From assembly GCA_964016885.1 (NCBI GenBank), contig OZ024743.1:226362001-226426000 (forward strand): a stretch of 64,000 nt of DNA, read 5' to 3'. Position numbers and translations under genes: made by a program. Below, one piece after another: positions 11,601-22,576 of this stretch. The first letter of the stretch is position 1. The number at the start of each line of letters is the position of its first letter. Under the pieces are notes generated by a model. It saw only the letters and a list, made by a program, of their open reading frames with translations, was not told the origin of the DNA and did not search any database. Source of the stretch: Eledone cirrhosa. Its lineage: Eukaryota.

Positions 11601-12660
11601 CATCTTCACTCCACATAAGTGAGTGGTGACTTTAGCCGATGCATAATAGAGATGATTTAAGTCAGTAATGCTTAGTTTGTTTGTGATGATAATGTTTTTG
11701 AGAATTATGTTTGTCTTGTGTATTATCTTTTGGTTCTGTTTGGAGTTCTGGATCTTAGGGAGGGTGTCTCGTTCCCCCATGTCAGATTCTTTCATTTTCA
11801 TCCATTCGATCATAATTTCATCCTTCAAGTTGGCAAGTTCATTCTCATTCATTTCTTTATCATTTACGATCTCATTATTTTCATTTGGAGTTTCATCCTG
11901 AGCATGCACTCCCTCCACTTTTTCGCTCCTTTCTTTAATTTGTTCTGTTGCCAGTGATTCCGCCCCAACTCTGGGATTCGAAGTGTTACAGTTTACCTCG
12001 TTTTCACTGACACATGCTTCATTTTCCCTTCGCTGACTTTGTGCTACTAGCTTGATCTGATCAATTTCTATATCAGTTAGTAACTTTTTTCTTACAATAT
12101 TTCTTCGTATATTGGCTAGTTTGTTACTGTCAATATAGCCTCTGTTTTCGGGATGTTTCTTTTTCCAGTTGATATATGTTTGCTCTGTATTCGATGTATT
12201 TGATGGGTAGTACATGGCAGTGTAGAAAGCCTCAAGGACTTCTTTATTATCTTCCCTTGACCATTTTTCTCTCTTTTTCTTTGGATTTCTTGGTGGTGAG
12301 CATGGAGGGCCAACAGTAGGAGTATTCCGGTTATGGGAGGTCTCCAGCTCCGAAGTGATGGGAAGGTTTGAACCATTAGCTGATTTTTCGACCCCAGTCT
12401 GGTTCCTCTCTGAGGGACGCGGCCCTTTTTTACCCGGGTGACGGCCGATCCGGTATGAGATTTCATCATTAGACATCTACTTTATTTTGTCGCGTTTTAT
12501 CCTTATCCGCCAAGGGGTAATCATTTCGTGTTACCACTTCTAGAACGAGTGTCAACCAAGACTAGAGGGGTCGTTCTCCCCTAGAGACATGGCTATTCCC
12601 CGCCGGCCGCCATCCCGGTATTTCTTGGTCACGGGGTTTTCTTTTTGTTGTTTTTTTTAA
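8684..12660 (-). mobile_element. Apparently full-length R4/Dong-type non-LTR retrotransposon
   Basis: Single long ORF with short UTRs. The 3' end abuts (TAA)n on the element strand, the known target of Dong-type elements. Confidence 0.85.
8826..12476 (-). CDS. Reverse transcriptase + CCHC zinc finger + PD-(D/E)xK restriction-like endonuclease, 1216 aa, intact
   Basis: Motifs NYRPITCL, QKGC, IDYKKAFDSLPH, GIFQGDSLSPLLF, LFYMDDLKL, YKYLG, CRVCKKQPETIDHIISMC, RHD, NRPDII, IDMSVP, KLSKY. Confidence 0.95.
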   Translation of the reverse strand: MSNDEISYRIGRHPGKKGPRPSERNQTGVEKSANGSNLPITSELETSHNRNTPTVGPPCSPPRNPKKKREKWSREDNKEVLEAFYTAMYYPSNTSNTEQTYINWKKKHPENRGYIDSNKLANIRRNIVRKKLLTDIEIDQIKLVAQSQRRENEACVSENEVNCNTSNPRVGAESLATEQIKERSEKVEGVHAQDETPNENNEIVNDKEMNENELANLKDEIMIEWMKMKESDMGERDTLPKIQNSKQNQKIIHKTNIILKNIIITNKLSITDLNHLYYASAKVTTHLCGVKMKKQRNSHKKSTWQDNINRQINLLRSDIEIFTNYKVGEHVKQTKLRKLKKKYSIRSTCDIDMLIETIKQKVSAKAARIRRFEKRSRFYKDNNMFKNNQRNFYRKIGKSTITAKSIPPKEEVQEFWEKIWAEEKVHNIHAPWIDRQMKETAHLEEQTWENITVEQLRLALRKTSKWKSPGKDKIQNFWINAFTESHELLAQLYNEIVKEPEKIPSWLVNGITFLLPKNDETNNPKNYRPITCLTTMYKILTSVLTEYTYDHLITNDLFPIEQKGCKRGSYGCKDQLLVNKMILEDCHNRHKNLSIAWIDYKKAFDSLPHSWIEKCLEIFKISPVIRRFLSFSMRTWRTTLLLNSETKSLEAGEVNINCGIFQGDSLSPLLFCIALIPLSKMLNETKHGYRVYDKTINHLFYMDDLKLFAKNDEQLQGLLSTVKQFSDDIKMEFGLDKCAKATFTRGKLLKSSDINLDRGNVIRELDQEQTYKYLGVCEGDGIKHSTMRERIRKECYRRVRAILRTELNARNRIDAINTLAIPVVTYSYNVINWSSTEIRRLDTKIRKFLTMHRMHHPKADIDRIYLPRKEGGRGLIQLDIALKTATIGLSTYLRESHDWMIKLVLKHESTKRSYSITKDAQRYSNGLQISEVPFTAEMENTEKAKQVKVTAKKELLQKLAKKWQEKPLYGKYPERANNPDVDKTLTHQWLASSGLKSETEGLIISAQDQCLPTKNYQANIIKNGCSPLCRVCKKQPETIDHIISMCSPIAPTEYLNRHDRAAQYIHWIMCKHFDLPHQKNWWEHQPPPILEKDHISILWNFSIQTDRKIDANRPDIILKDFQRRVCLLIDMSVPIDKNVSIKTFEKLSKYKDLEIEIGKMWKLRTKTIPVVVGALGMIPKGSNDYLSQIPGNPRIGEIQKIVLMGTAHILRKILSI

Positions 12661-13555
12661 ATTGTTATTATCATGAGTGGTTCCTTAATGTGAGCATTGC
12701 GTGGCTTAAGAATGAAATTATTAATAATTGTCTCCACTCCAGGCCAGCAATCACCCAGTGCATTACAATAATATAATATACTTTTTGTTGTAGTTGGCTG
12801 TTATTGCTGCTGGCTATGTCGGTGGTGGTGCCGGGGCTTTTTATATTGTTGGTGAGGAAGGGGTGAGCCAGCAGTCCCATAATTGTTGATGTAGACATTT
12901 GTCCGTGGCAAGGTTACCAAGTCAATCTATTTATATCTTTTGCTAGCCTCTCTCTTGTCTAGTGCTACCGCCACCTTCCCTTTTCTCTCTCAAGTTAACA
13001 GGGGAATAGTGTCAGTAGCATTGAATGAGTGGTGGCGGCGATGATGGATGTGGTGGTGTTGTGGTTACTGATATAGTATCTATGAGTTTGTGTTCGTATG
13101 TTTAATATATATTTTCATTATATTTTGTGTTGACATATTCCCGTAAAATTTGAATTAAACATTTTTTTAAATTTGAGACAATAATAATAGTAATTATTAT
13201 TATGATGCCGGTGAAGTTGCCGTTATATTTAGTGTGATGGGATAGGTAGTGTATCAAGTTTCTGGTGTTGGTGAAATTGAAATTGCCGCTGTTCTATATA
13301 GTGTAGACAGAGGGTGTTTTGTTCCATTTATAACCATTTTCTTTTTTTGAATACAAAATATATAATACAAAATTGAATATTTGAGCGATACAACAATATA
13401 ATATGGATCCGAAACTTTATGGGACCTCATTCGGTGCCTTTATGCAACATTTGTGCTAAGAATTGTTCTTTCACAATTGATTTAAATATGTTAAAAATCA
13501 AAAAACTTACGGGAGCAATTTCGTGACGTTCTACCACCTCGTGCGTCTTCTTCCC

Positions 13556-13605
<50 letters not shown>

Positions 13606-14266
13606 GGCGACCTACGTAGTAAGTCGTATCATCGTGAGCTCCGCAAAGGTTTGTTGTTTTCGCTTGTTTAAAATTGCCATTTATGGAAAATTATTATTGT
13701 TAACTGTATATAAGTGCACATACATTGTTTTCCGAAAAGGACACTCAAAAAGATTGGGGCCTTGAGCCCCAAATTTAAACTTTTATAATTATAAAAAAAC
13801 AACTTTCTTTGAAAAAAACATGGACGACTCACAGCTACACGAAGCTGACAGCCTTCCTCACAAACTAACACCTCACACTGACACCACCATTGTAAATATT
13901 ACTACGTTTGCCAACACTAAAAATATAAGAAGTAGAAATATTTTAAATTTGACTCAGGCAGACATTCCTTTCCCGCCATTACCAATGACTGCAGGTGTTA
14001 AAGCCGCCACCCCCACTACCACCACAGCGACAACAGAAACAAAAGATAAAAATAAATTAACTGGTGATATCTAAATGAATTCAACCAAAATGAACTCTTC
14101 CACACCGAACACCACTGACGCCACCACAACTGAAAAAATTTAAATTAATAATAACAAAAACAACGATAACAACAACAGCAACAATGAAATTAAGAAAACC
14201 ACCCTGAGTTTTGCCAGAGTATCAAAACAGTGCGAAGCATTTCAGGTAACTCAGGATGGTAAAGAA

Positions 14267-14989
14267 ATGGTAAAGAAAGATGGGTTCAGGGTCAGTCACA
14301 CTCCCGGACCTAATAAAATGGAGCCACGGCGCCTATGCATCGTGTCTTATAGAACAATTAACATAAAATCGCGCCGAGTGGAACGGGCATCCGAGTCCCA
14401 AATCCAAAAAGCTTTAGGACATGTGTGGGCAAAAAAACCCCACATCAGACGTGGGCAGAAATATGAAACCGTGGACGTGTTCTTTGAAAAACCACAGGAG
14501 GCTAGAGAACACTCCATGGCCCCATTAAGAAGTGACGACTTCACACTCGTCCCAAGCTATTGTGGCCAGAGACTCGTAAAGATCAGGGTCACCCACGTTC
14601 CACCGGCCATCGAAATTCCCTGGCTAATAGCTGCCGTCCTCGCCGGCATCGAGGCCAACACCAAGATCATCGAAATAGCGAAAGAAAAGCAGAAGAACTG
14701 GTCCGGATCTGGGATGGAGCTCCTGATCCAACCGGACCAAAAAAGCATTGAGGATATCCCAGAGGTAATAGACCTCACTGACGGCAGCCACCTCACCGTA
14801 ATCGTCGAGGGAAGAAGGCCTAGGTGTGTCGTTTGTTGTGAAGGAACCCACCTAAGGGCTTTCTTGAGGCCACCTCTCTTACCCACTCCAGTGACTCAAC
14901 CATCAACACCACCAGCAGCAGAGATGACAGCAACAACTGTAGCAGCAACAACAGAAGCAACTGTAACAGCAACAACCCAGCAACAGTAG
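14267..14989 (+). pseudogene. LINE ORF1 (gag-like) remnant
   Basis: 240-aa ORF upstream of ORF2 with a degenerate zinc knuckle (GRRPRCVVCCEGTHLRAF) followed by Thr/Pro-rich low complexity. Confidence 0.65.
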
Positions 14990-15720
14990 CAACACCACCA
15001 CGACCACCACGCAACGCGCCAGAACTAGCACCAGCGCCTACACCATCCACCACGCCACAACCAAAACCAACGCCTGTGGAGGATCTTCCACTCTCCGGCC
15101 TATCACAACTGGAGACAGATTGTGACGACGAGGAGTGGGAAACGGTATCAGGAAAAAAGAAAAAATTCTCTTCCCTCCGCCTCCAAAAACAAAATACAGA
15201 GGGAAACAAATAAACTATCAAACAAAAAAGTTAGGACAGATATGCCACCATCCACAACAGCATCACCAACCCCATCACCACAATCACCAACACCATCACC
15301 ATCATTAACCCCAACACCACCATCACCAACACCACAACAGTCACCAAAAAGCGAAACAGAAACAAACCCACAACAAACGCAAACAAAACAAAACAACCAA
15401 AACGATACACACTACACAGCATTAAATTTGAACAACAACCAATTATTACACTACATCCAAAACAACACCAGCATCACAGAAAAATAATACACAACAACCC
15501 AAAAGTTCACACCACCTCCACACATACAAATCACTCGCATCACACAGAAAACGTACATGACACTAAAACAAAAATTCCCCAAAGACATCGGAGACTTCCG
15601 ACAAACACTCTCCAGAGGATTTATAAGGACACGCTTCCTGAGGAGGCCACAAGCAGTGAAAAGGATGGAGAAACCTTCCTTCCTCTACGAGATGTAAAGA
15701 TGTAATCTAAGTGGTCTTTC

Positions 15721-18560
15721 CCATCTTTTCCAATCCATTTCAACATTATCTCACTCAGAATAGGCAGCATAAATGCGCGTGGATTGGGGTCGTCATGGAA
15801 GCAGGGCCACCTGCTCAACGATCTCAGGTCACTAAACATAGATGTAGTGGCCATCAGCGAGACCAGAATCTCCGAAGCACGGGCCTACGCACCGATCTTC
15901 GGCGGCTACGATGTGTACCCATCTCCCAGCCGTCCGGGATCGTGGGGGAGGAGTTGCTGTGCTTTTTCGGAGAGGTTTGGATCTCGCCACGGGCCATCTT
16001 CCTGGACCCAGAAGGTAACTTGGTGGTGCTGGACGTGACCAGCGGAGACGGGAAAGCTTTCAGGTTAGTGGCCGTCTATGCCCCGACAGGAGCAGGGCGG
16101 CCTGATTTCTTCCGGCGTCTGGAGACCTTTCTTGGAACGTCCCGCTCTTTAGTGTTAGTGGGCGACTGGAACGGGATCTTAGATGCACGCTGGGACTGTG
16201 TGGGATTAGCTGATAGGGGAGGAGGGTGCAAGAGTCTCACCAACCTGCTCAGGCGTTTTGAACTGTCTGACAGGTACCGATTGGATTTCCCGAATGTGCC
16301 AATGTGGACTTGAACAAATCGCATAGGGTCATCCAAATCATATCTAGATAGAGTATTTTGTAGTGAAATAGATAGGTCTAGCATAGGCTGTCCACAATTC
16401 AAGATAGTCAGCTACACGGACAACAAATTCGTGATGTGTGTGCTTGACTTAGATAGGCTTCATAGACGAGGACCCGACTACTGGAAGCTAAACGCGTCCT
16501 TACCAGCGCGCAAGGCCTACAGAGACCGGATTAGCGAACTAGTTAAGCGGGCGTTGACGGGGGCCATCGTCAACAACAAGTGGTGGTTTGCTCTGAAAAG
16601 AGCAATTAGAATAGAGTTCATTAGGTTTAGTAAGGCTTTAGCAATAGAGAAAAATAGAGCAGAGGGAGAATTAGTTAGAAAATTAGACGATGCGCTTAGC
16701 AAAGGCATCGCGTCCGACGTACTTGCGGCGAAATTGGCCCTAAATCAATTCTTCAATGCAAAGCACGAAGGCTGCGTTGTCAGAGCTTGGGTGCGTGCTG
16801 TCAGACACGAGGGGACGAAAGCCGTTCAATGGGCCCGAGTGGCGGAGGTGCGTCGTGGCAACAAAGCTACGATCCGGTCTTTGGTGAACCACAACGGTCG
16901 CATGCTATCGATCCCGGGCAAATGTGTGAAGCTTTTCAGCGACACTTTGCACAGCTGTTCGGGGGCAGCGGCGAGCCGGATCGAGGGATGGACTTTAGTG
17001 TCTACCTCGACGGACTGCCGCGGCTCACGGCCACTGAGGCGGAGTGTTGCGAAAAGCCGATAACAGCCGCTGAAGTACGGGAGGCAATGACTGCCTGCAC
17101 AAGGGCTAAATCGCCTGGTTTGTATGGTCTGCCCTATGAACTTTACATACAGATGCCAGACTTGTTCGGAGGCCTCTTGGCGGACGTCTACTGCAACTGG
17201 CAACAGAACGGGAGATTTCCAGCTCTGTGAGCCGAGGAGCTGTGGCGCTGCTAAGAAAGGATCCGAACAAGGGGGATAACATAGATAATTTCAGGCCCAT
17301 AACTCTGCTAAACACAGAGTTCAAGATTTTGGCCAAGGTGCTAGCAAAGAGGTTGGCGCTTGTCGTTGGTGGTCTGGTGGGAGAGGCGCAGACGTGCGCC
17401 ATTCCCGACAGATCCATCCACGACAACCTCCACCTCATGCGATACATCGTAGAGAGAGTAGCTATGGAATCTGGCACGTGTGGGTCCTTGATCGATTTAG
17501 ATCAGTCGAAAGCTTTCTATAGGGTCGACCATCGTTACCTAGCGGCAGTCCTGAGGGGGGCTGGCTTTGGGCCCGTCTTCAGAGGCTGGATCGCTTTCGG
17601 AACCGTTCAACGTCATGCGCTCGGTCCGCCAAGGATGTCCCCTCTCGTCCCTCTTGTACGTATTGACTCTCGAGCCATTACTGCACAAACTGGAGACGTT
17701 GAGGGGGTCCCGCGCCAACTAGGATGCGGAAGATCCGTGTCAGCATATGCGGACGATGTCACCGTAGTGGTGTCGAACGCCAAACACATCGAAGCGATCG
17801 GCACTACACTAAGAGAATACGAAGCGGTGACAGGAGCAATGATCAACCAGAAAAGTCAGTGGGCCTACAGCTCGGCACATGGAGAGGCAGGTTCATGCCT
17901 TCCAACAGCGTCGTCGGGTTCTGGACGGACCGGTTAAATTGCTAGGGGTCTGGTTCGGTCCGGACCTCCAGACGGACAAAAACTGGGACGAGGTAACGAG
18001 CAGGGTGGCTTCTCTCACCCAGAAATGGGTGGAGAGGAAGCTATCCCTTAAAGGTCGAGCGGAGGTGGCTAACGCGTACATCGCGTCCGTCATCTACTAC
18101 CGCCTGGCCGTCGTACCTTGTCCTAAGCCCCGCCTGATTGCGCTGGAGCGTTTGCGCTTTCACTTTTTGTAGATGGGACGCGCTTCGATGGTCAGGTGGT
18201 CCATTTGCTGTCAACACCCGCTACGTGGATGGCTGGGCATGCCGTGGCTGATGATGCGCAGACACGCGCTCAGGCTACGACATCTCCACCTCTTCCTCGA
18301 CGGTAATCAGGTGTGTGGTCGCCGTTCTCTAACACGTCTTTCCCCAGCTGGTCTCCTTGACGGAGCTGCAGTCCTGGGTCGAGCGAAGACAGAGAGGGAG
18401 CGCTTGGTGACTGGAATGTCTTCAGGCGCTCACAGCCCTCGACCAATCGGGCAATGTGATCGGTGGAAACTCCACCTTGGCATTCTATAGAGGATTAGTG
18501 GAGGGGAAGAGCGACGACATACTTGGAGAAATTCTAGGCGTCGACGAAAATCAACTAGCC
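15721..18560 (+). pseudogene. Tx1/L1 ORF2 (APE endonuclease + RT), frameshifted
   Basis: APE motifs GSINARGL, AISETR, LVAVYAPT, LVGDWN, SYLDRVF and RT motifs KSPGLYGLPYE, NFRPITLLNTEFKILAK, DQSKAF, RQGCPLSP, AYADDVT, spread across several frames. Confidence 0.9.
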
Positions 18561-18931
18561 AATTTTGAAAAGGAAAATCAGGGTAGAGAGGGAAGTGCTC
18601 TCTTCCCAGCATTTTGTTGAAAGATGGGTGAGAGAAGCAAGTATGGCCCGAGTGAATGGGCCTACTCTGAGTATCTGTCTGTAAATTAAAGGTGGAAAAC
18701 TGGGAGAGGGCACTTGACCTGGTGGTCAGGGTCACTGTGGCCTTTTAATGGGCTTTCTCCACAAATATCCTTCGGAAGTCTCCCCCCTATTGGGGAATGT
18801 TTCATTGTTATTTTTTTTATTACGTCCTCTGTTTTTTTTACACGCAGAAATGCCCATTTGTACCGTCCTGTATTGTCCTGTACTGTCCTTAATGTCTACT
18901 TTATGTAAACCCTTGTGGTTAATAAAGAAAG

Positions 18932-18974
<43 letters not shown>

Positions 18975-18979
<5 letters not shown>

Positions 18980-19820
18980 TCCACAACAACCTCCACTTCA
19001 TGCGATATATCATGGAGAGAGTAACTAAAGAACATAATATGGATGGGGCCCTGATAAACTTGCATCAAATCAAAAGCATTCGATAGGTCCGAACATCGAT
19101 ACTTGGCAGCGGTCATTAGGGAAACTGGTTTGAGGCCCAATTTCAGAGGGTGGGTGGATTGCTGCAATGCACAGTGATATATGCTCTATGGTGACAGTGT
19201 ATGTTCACCTTTCGGAACCATTCAACATAATGCGCTCGGTTCGCCATGGTTAACCCCTCTCGTCCCTGTTGTAAATATTGACTCTAGAGCCATTATTGCA
19301 CAAACTGAAAACGTTGAAGGGCATTCTTCACTAACTAGAATGCGGGAGAACCGTGTCAGCCTATCGACGACATCACTGTAATGATGTCGAGTGAGAAACA
19401 CATCTAGGCGATCAGCAATGCCCTGAGAGAATACGTAGCGGTGACAGGAGCAAAATTTTCATGGAAAAATCAATTCGCCTGCGGCACCATACCTGGAGAA
19501 GCATGTCCACGCATTCCAATAGCGTCGTCGAACCAATAGACGGACTGGTTGAATTGCTCGGGATCTGGTTTGGTCCAGCCCTCCTGACCAGCTTAAACTC
19601 GGACAAAGTGACGAGCAGGTTGGCTACTCTCACACAGAAATGGGCCGAAAGGAAGCTATCCCTGAAAGGTCGGGTGGAGGTGGCAAACGCGTCCATCGCA
19701 TCCGTCATCTACTACCGCCTGACAGTGGTGCCTCGTCCAAAACCTCGTCTGACTGGCCTGGAAATTTGCTCTTTCGCTTTTTTTGAAAAGATGTGCTCCG
19801 ATGGTCAGCAACATATCCAC
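18975..19820 (+). pseudogene. Second, more decayed RT fragment of the same Tx1/L1 family
   Basis: IHNNLHFMRYIMERV and RKLSLKGRVEVANASIASVIYYRL are colinear with about 17413-18215. Confidence 0.85.
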
Positions 19821-19918
19821 TGTCAACACACACTGGGCATGAAGATGGAAGTGCTGCCTCCTTCGAAGCAGTCTCTAGAAAGGTAGGTGAAACAGGTGAG
19901 TGTAAATAGGCTTCCTAA

Positions 19919-20005
19919 CTCTGAGTTCAAATATCACCGAGGTCAACTTTGCCTTTCGTCCTTCTAGTGTCGATGAAATGAACTACCTGTTAAGTACTGG
20001 CGTCG
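19919..20005 (+). mobile_element. Partial SINE (major family)
   Basis: ctctgagttcaaat...gaggtcaactttgcctttc...gtcgat. Confidence 0.7.
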
Positions 20006-20345
20006 ATAATATCTATTTTATATGATTGAAATACTGGTACCAATTTCAAAGAATTCATGGGTATATAGTGCGGCATGGTGTGTGACAAGTGTCGGCCCCT
20101 TGAATTACAGGTTCAAAACCCTCCTCATTTGAGTGACCTGGAACTATGTTTACACATATACATTCAAACACAAATACATTCATCCATAAATAGATTCACA
20201 CATGCATACATACGTACACGTACATCCATCCATCCATCCATCCATCCATCCATCCATCCATCCATCCATCCATCCATCCATCCATCCATACATACATCCA
20301 TCCATCCATACATACATACATACATACATACATACATACATACGA

Positions 20346-21590
20346 CTAGTTAGGAAATTACAAGTACAATGCATTAATGAAACAGTAAAAATATGTAAAA
20401 CATTCCAAAAATCCTGCATCTAATAACTGCATATACACTTGTACAGATAAAAAGCATATGCACATGCACACATACAATTCAAAACATCCACATCCACACA
20501 TACAATGACATCCATGCATGCAGACATGGATACATATCTACCTAGTTGATGTTGTGTAAATTCCAATGAGAGAGTTTTGTGTCTATGTTAGAAACCGACT
20601 CTCTCTCTATTGGCAAAAATAATTGTGAAATTATAAAACCAGAAGAAGATACACACATACATACATACATACAAACATATTTTAACACGAAATACCTGAT
20701 TCACAAAGGAGATACGGATGCAGGCAAAAAACCTAGATGTGATAGCAAGTGCAGACTCTGCAGAACTAAGATCGATGATATCATCCATGTCATCAGCAAC
20801 TGTCCAAAGATGTCATCGCGGTACTATCTACCTGAGGCATGATGTAGTGGCCAAAACACTGTGCAATGCAATCCGTAAAAAAGATAGCCCCGATAATAAA
20901 CACATTAAAAGCTACAGCAATGTGGAAGACATCCATGTACATAATATGAAAGAGTACTAGTGGAATGTTCCAGTAAAAACCCCAATAAAATGCAGGCATG
21001 ACAGACCAGATATTATGATATGGGACAGGGCGAAGAAAACATGCACAGTAGTGGAAATTAGCTGCCCAGCATATGCCAATATAATATAAAAGATTAGCGT
21101 AAAGGAGAATATTTTTGCAGAACTGATGCGAAATCTGCAGATACTCCACCCTGACTACACCTTCAGATTTATGCCTGTGATTATTGGGGCACTGGGATAT
21201 GTTAGTAACTGCCTCAATACAAATCTTGAGAAGCTAGGCTTCACAGGAACAGAAATAACACATCTAGTTAGGAAATTACAAGTACAATCCATTAATAGAA
21301 CAGTAAAAATATGTAAAACATTCCGAAAATTTTGCATCTAATAACTGCATATACACTTGTACAGATACAAAGATACATGCATACATACAACTCAAAACAC
21401 CCACATCGACACATACAATAACATCCATATCTACACATGCATGCATACAGACATACATACATATCTACCTAGTTGATGTTGTGTAAATTCCAATGAGAGA
21501 GTCCTGTGTCTATGTTAGAAACCGACTCTCTCTCTATTGGGAAAAAAATTATGAAATTATAAAACCAGAAGAACATACACACATACAATA
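20346..21590 (+). mobile_element. Truncated RLE-type non-LTR element with a duplicated 3' end, in (CATA)n
   Basis: Motifs CRLC...HVISNC, RHD, DRPDIM, VEISCP and PVIIGALG, with a frameshift and a stop. About 320-bp direct repeat at 20346-20660 and 21265-21590. Confidence 0.85.
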
Positions 21591-22305
21591 GAAGCTTAGG
21601 ACGTATTTTTGACTAAAGAAATTTTAGCCTGATAGTGTGGTTAAGCTAAAATTTCTCTTGTCTAAAATACGGGGAAAGCTTTTATTTCTATTTTGAAACT
21701 CGCTCGCTGTTTCTAAACACACTTACTATACATTCATTTATACATACAAATAAATAAACATACATAAATTCATATACGCATTGAATCTTAAATGCATACG
21801 TACATAAATACTAGAAGCAAATATGGGAGTATGTACAATACATTTATGTACAATAAACCTGCATAAGTTTCGCTGAGGGAGTTTTACCACGTGATCATGT
21901 CACATATACCTCAGTCTCGATCATCAGTAGCATTTACTAACTCGGGACTGAGAATAATAAGTTGATACCGTACATATAGATTTAAAAAATAGTAGATTAT
22001 TGGAGCTTCACATTTGGATAAATATACTGAGATAGGAGTATTCGGTGTTAAAACCCATTTACTGAAGTATCCGTGGAAGGGTCCCAATTTAAAATACTAA
22101 CAGCGAGACTTAAGCATATTCATTAAACAGAAACATATTGGACGTTCTTCCTATACTGAATTACGCTGTTTTAGTACTAGTCCAAATTAATACATAAATA
22201 TATACTAGCATATTTATATCCATTCATCGATCTATATGAGCATTCAATCATAAATACATTTATATAAACGGAAAAAATCAAACGAAATTTCATTTCCCAC
22301 TCTTA

Positions 22306-22343
<38 letters not shown>

Positions 22344-22384
22344 GATATATTAACAAATGGAAACTATATTTATAAAACCAGATT

Positions 22385-22449
22385 TATTTCATTATACATA
22401 TTTCAAGGACACCAAGTTAAATTATGGTGTGCTTTCATCAGATAAAATA
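22385..22449 (-). ncRNA. Type I hammerhead ribozyme in the inverted pLTR
   Basis: Minus strand reads tattttat-CTGATGA-aagcacacca...tggtgtcctt-GAAA-tatgta-TA-atgaaata. Confidence 0.75.
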
Positions 22450-22576
22450 TAATATAGATCAGTTTTATAAATAAATATTGAAATACCCTTAAAAGAATAC
22501 GACCATTTATGTTGGAAGCTCCCGGATAGTCGGATTATAAATTTATTTATACTATTATGCAAATTATTACAACGAA

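Larger units (their letters stand above)
13606..18932 (+). mobile_element. Decayed Tx1/L1-clade LINE inserted in (ATT)n
   Basis: Starts after (TTA)n at 13556-13605, has an ORF1-like then an APE-RT ORF2 region, and ends aataaagaaagc followed by (ATT)n. Confidence 0.85.

Noticed and set aside
9529-12469. Antisense and alternate-frame ORFs overlapping the RT gene
   Set aside because: These are shadow ORFs of the real minus-strand coding sequence.
12527-12542. 16-bp identity (cgtgttaccacttcta) between the Dong 5' UTR and family E at 34512-34527
   Set aside because: An isolated 16-mer match is expected by chance in a 64-kb self-comparison, and the flanks do not extend.
12671-13545. Possible 5' end of another LINE on the minus strand
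   Set aside because: It shows only compositional resemblance to the Tx1 5' region, with no recognisable motif.
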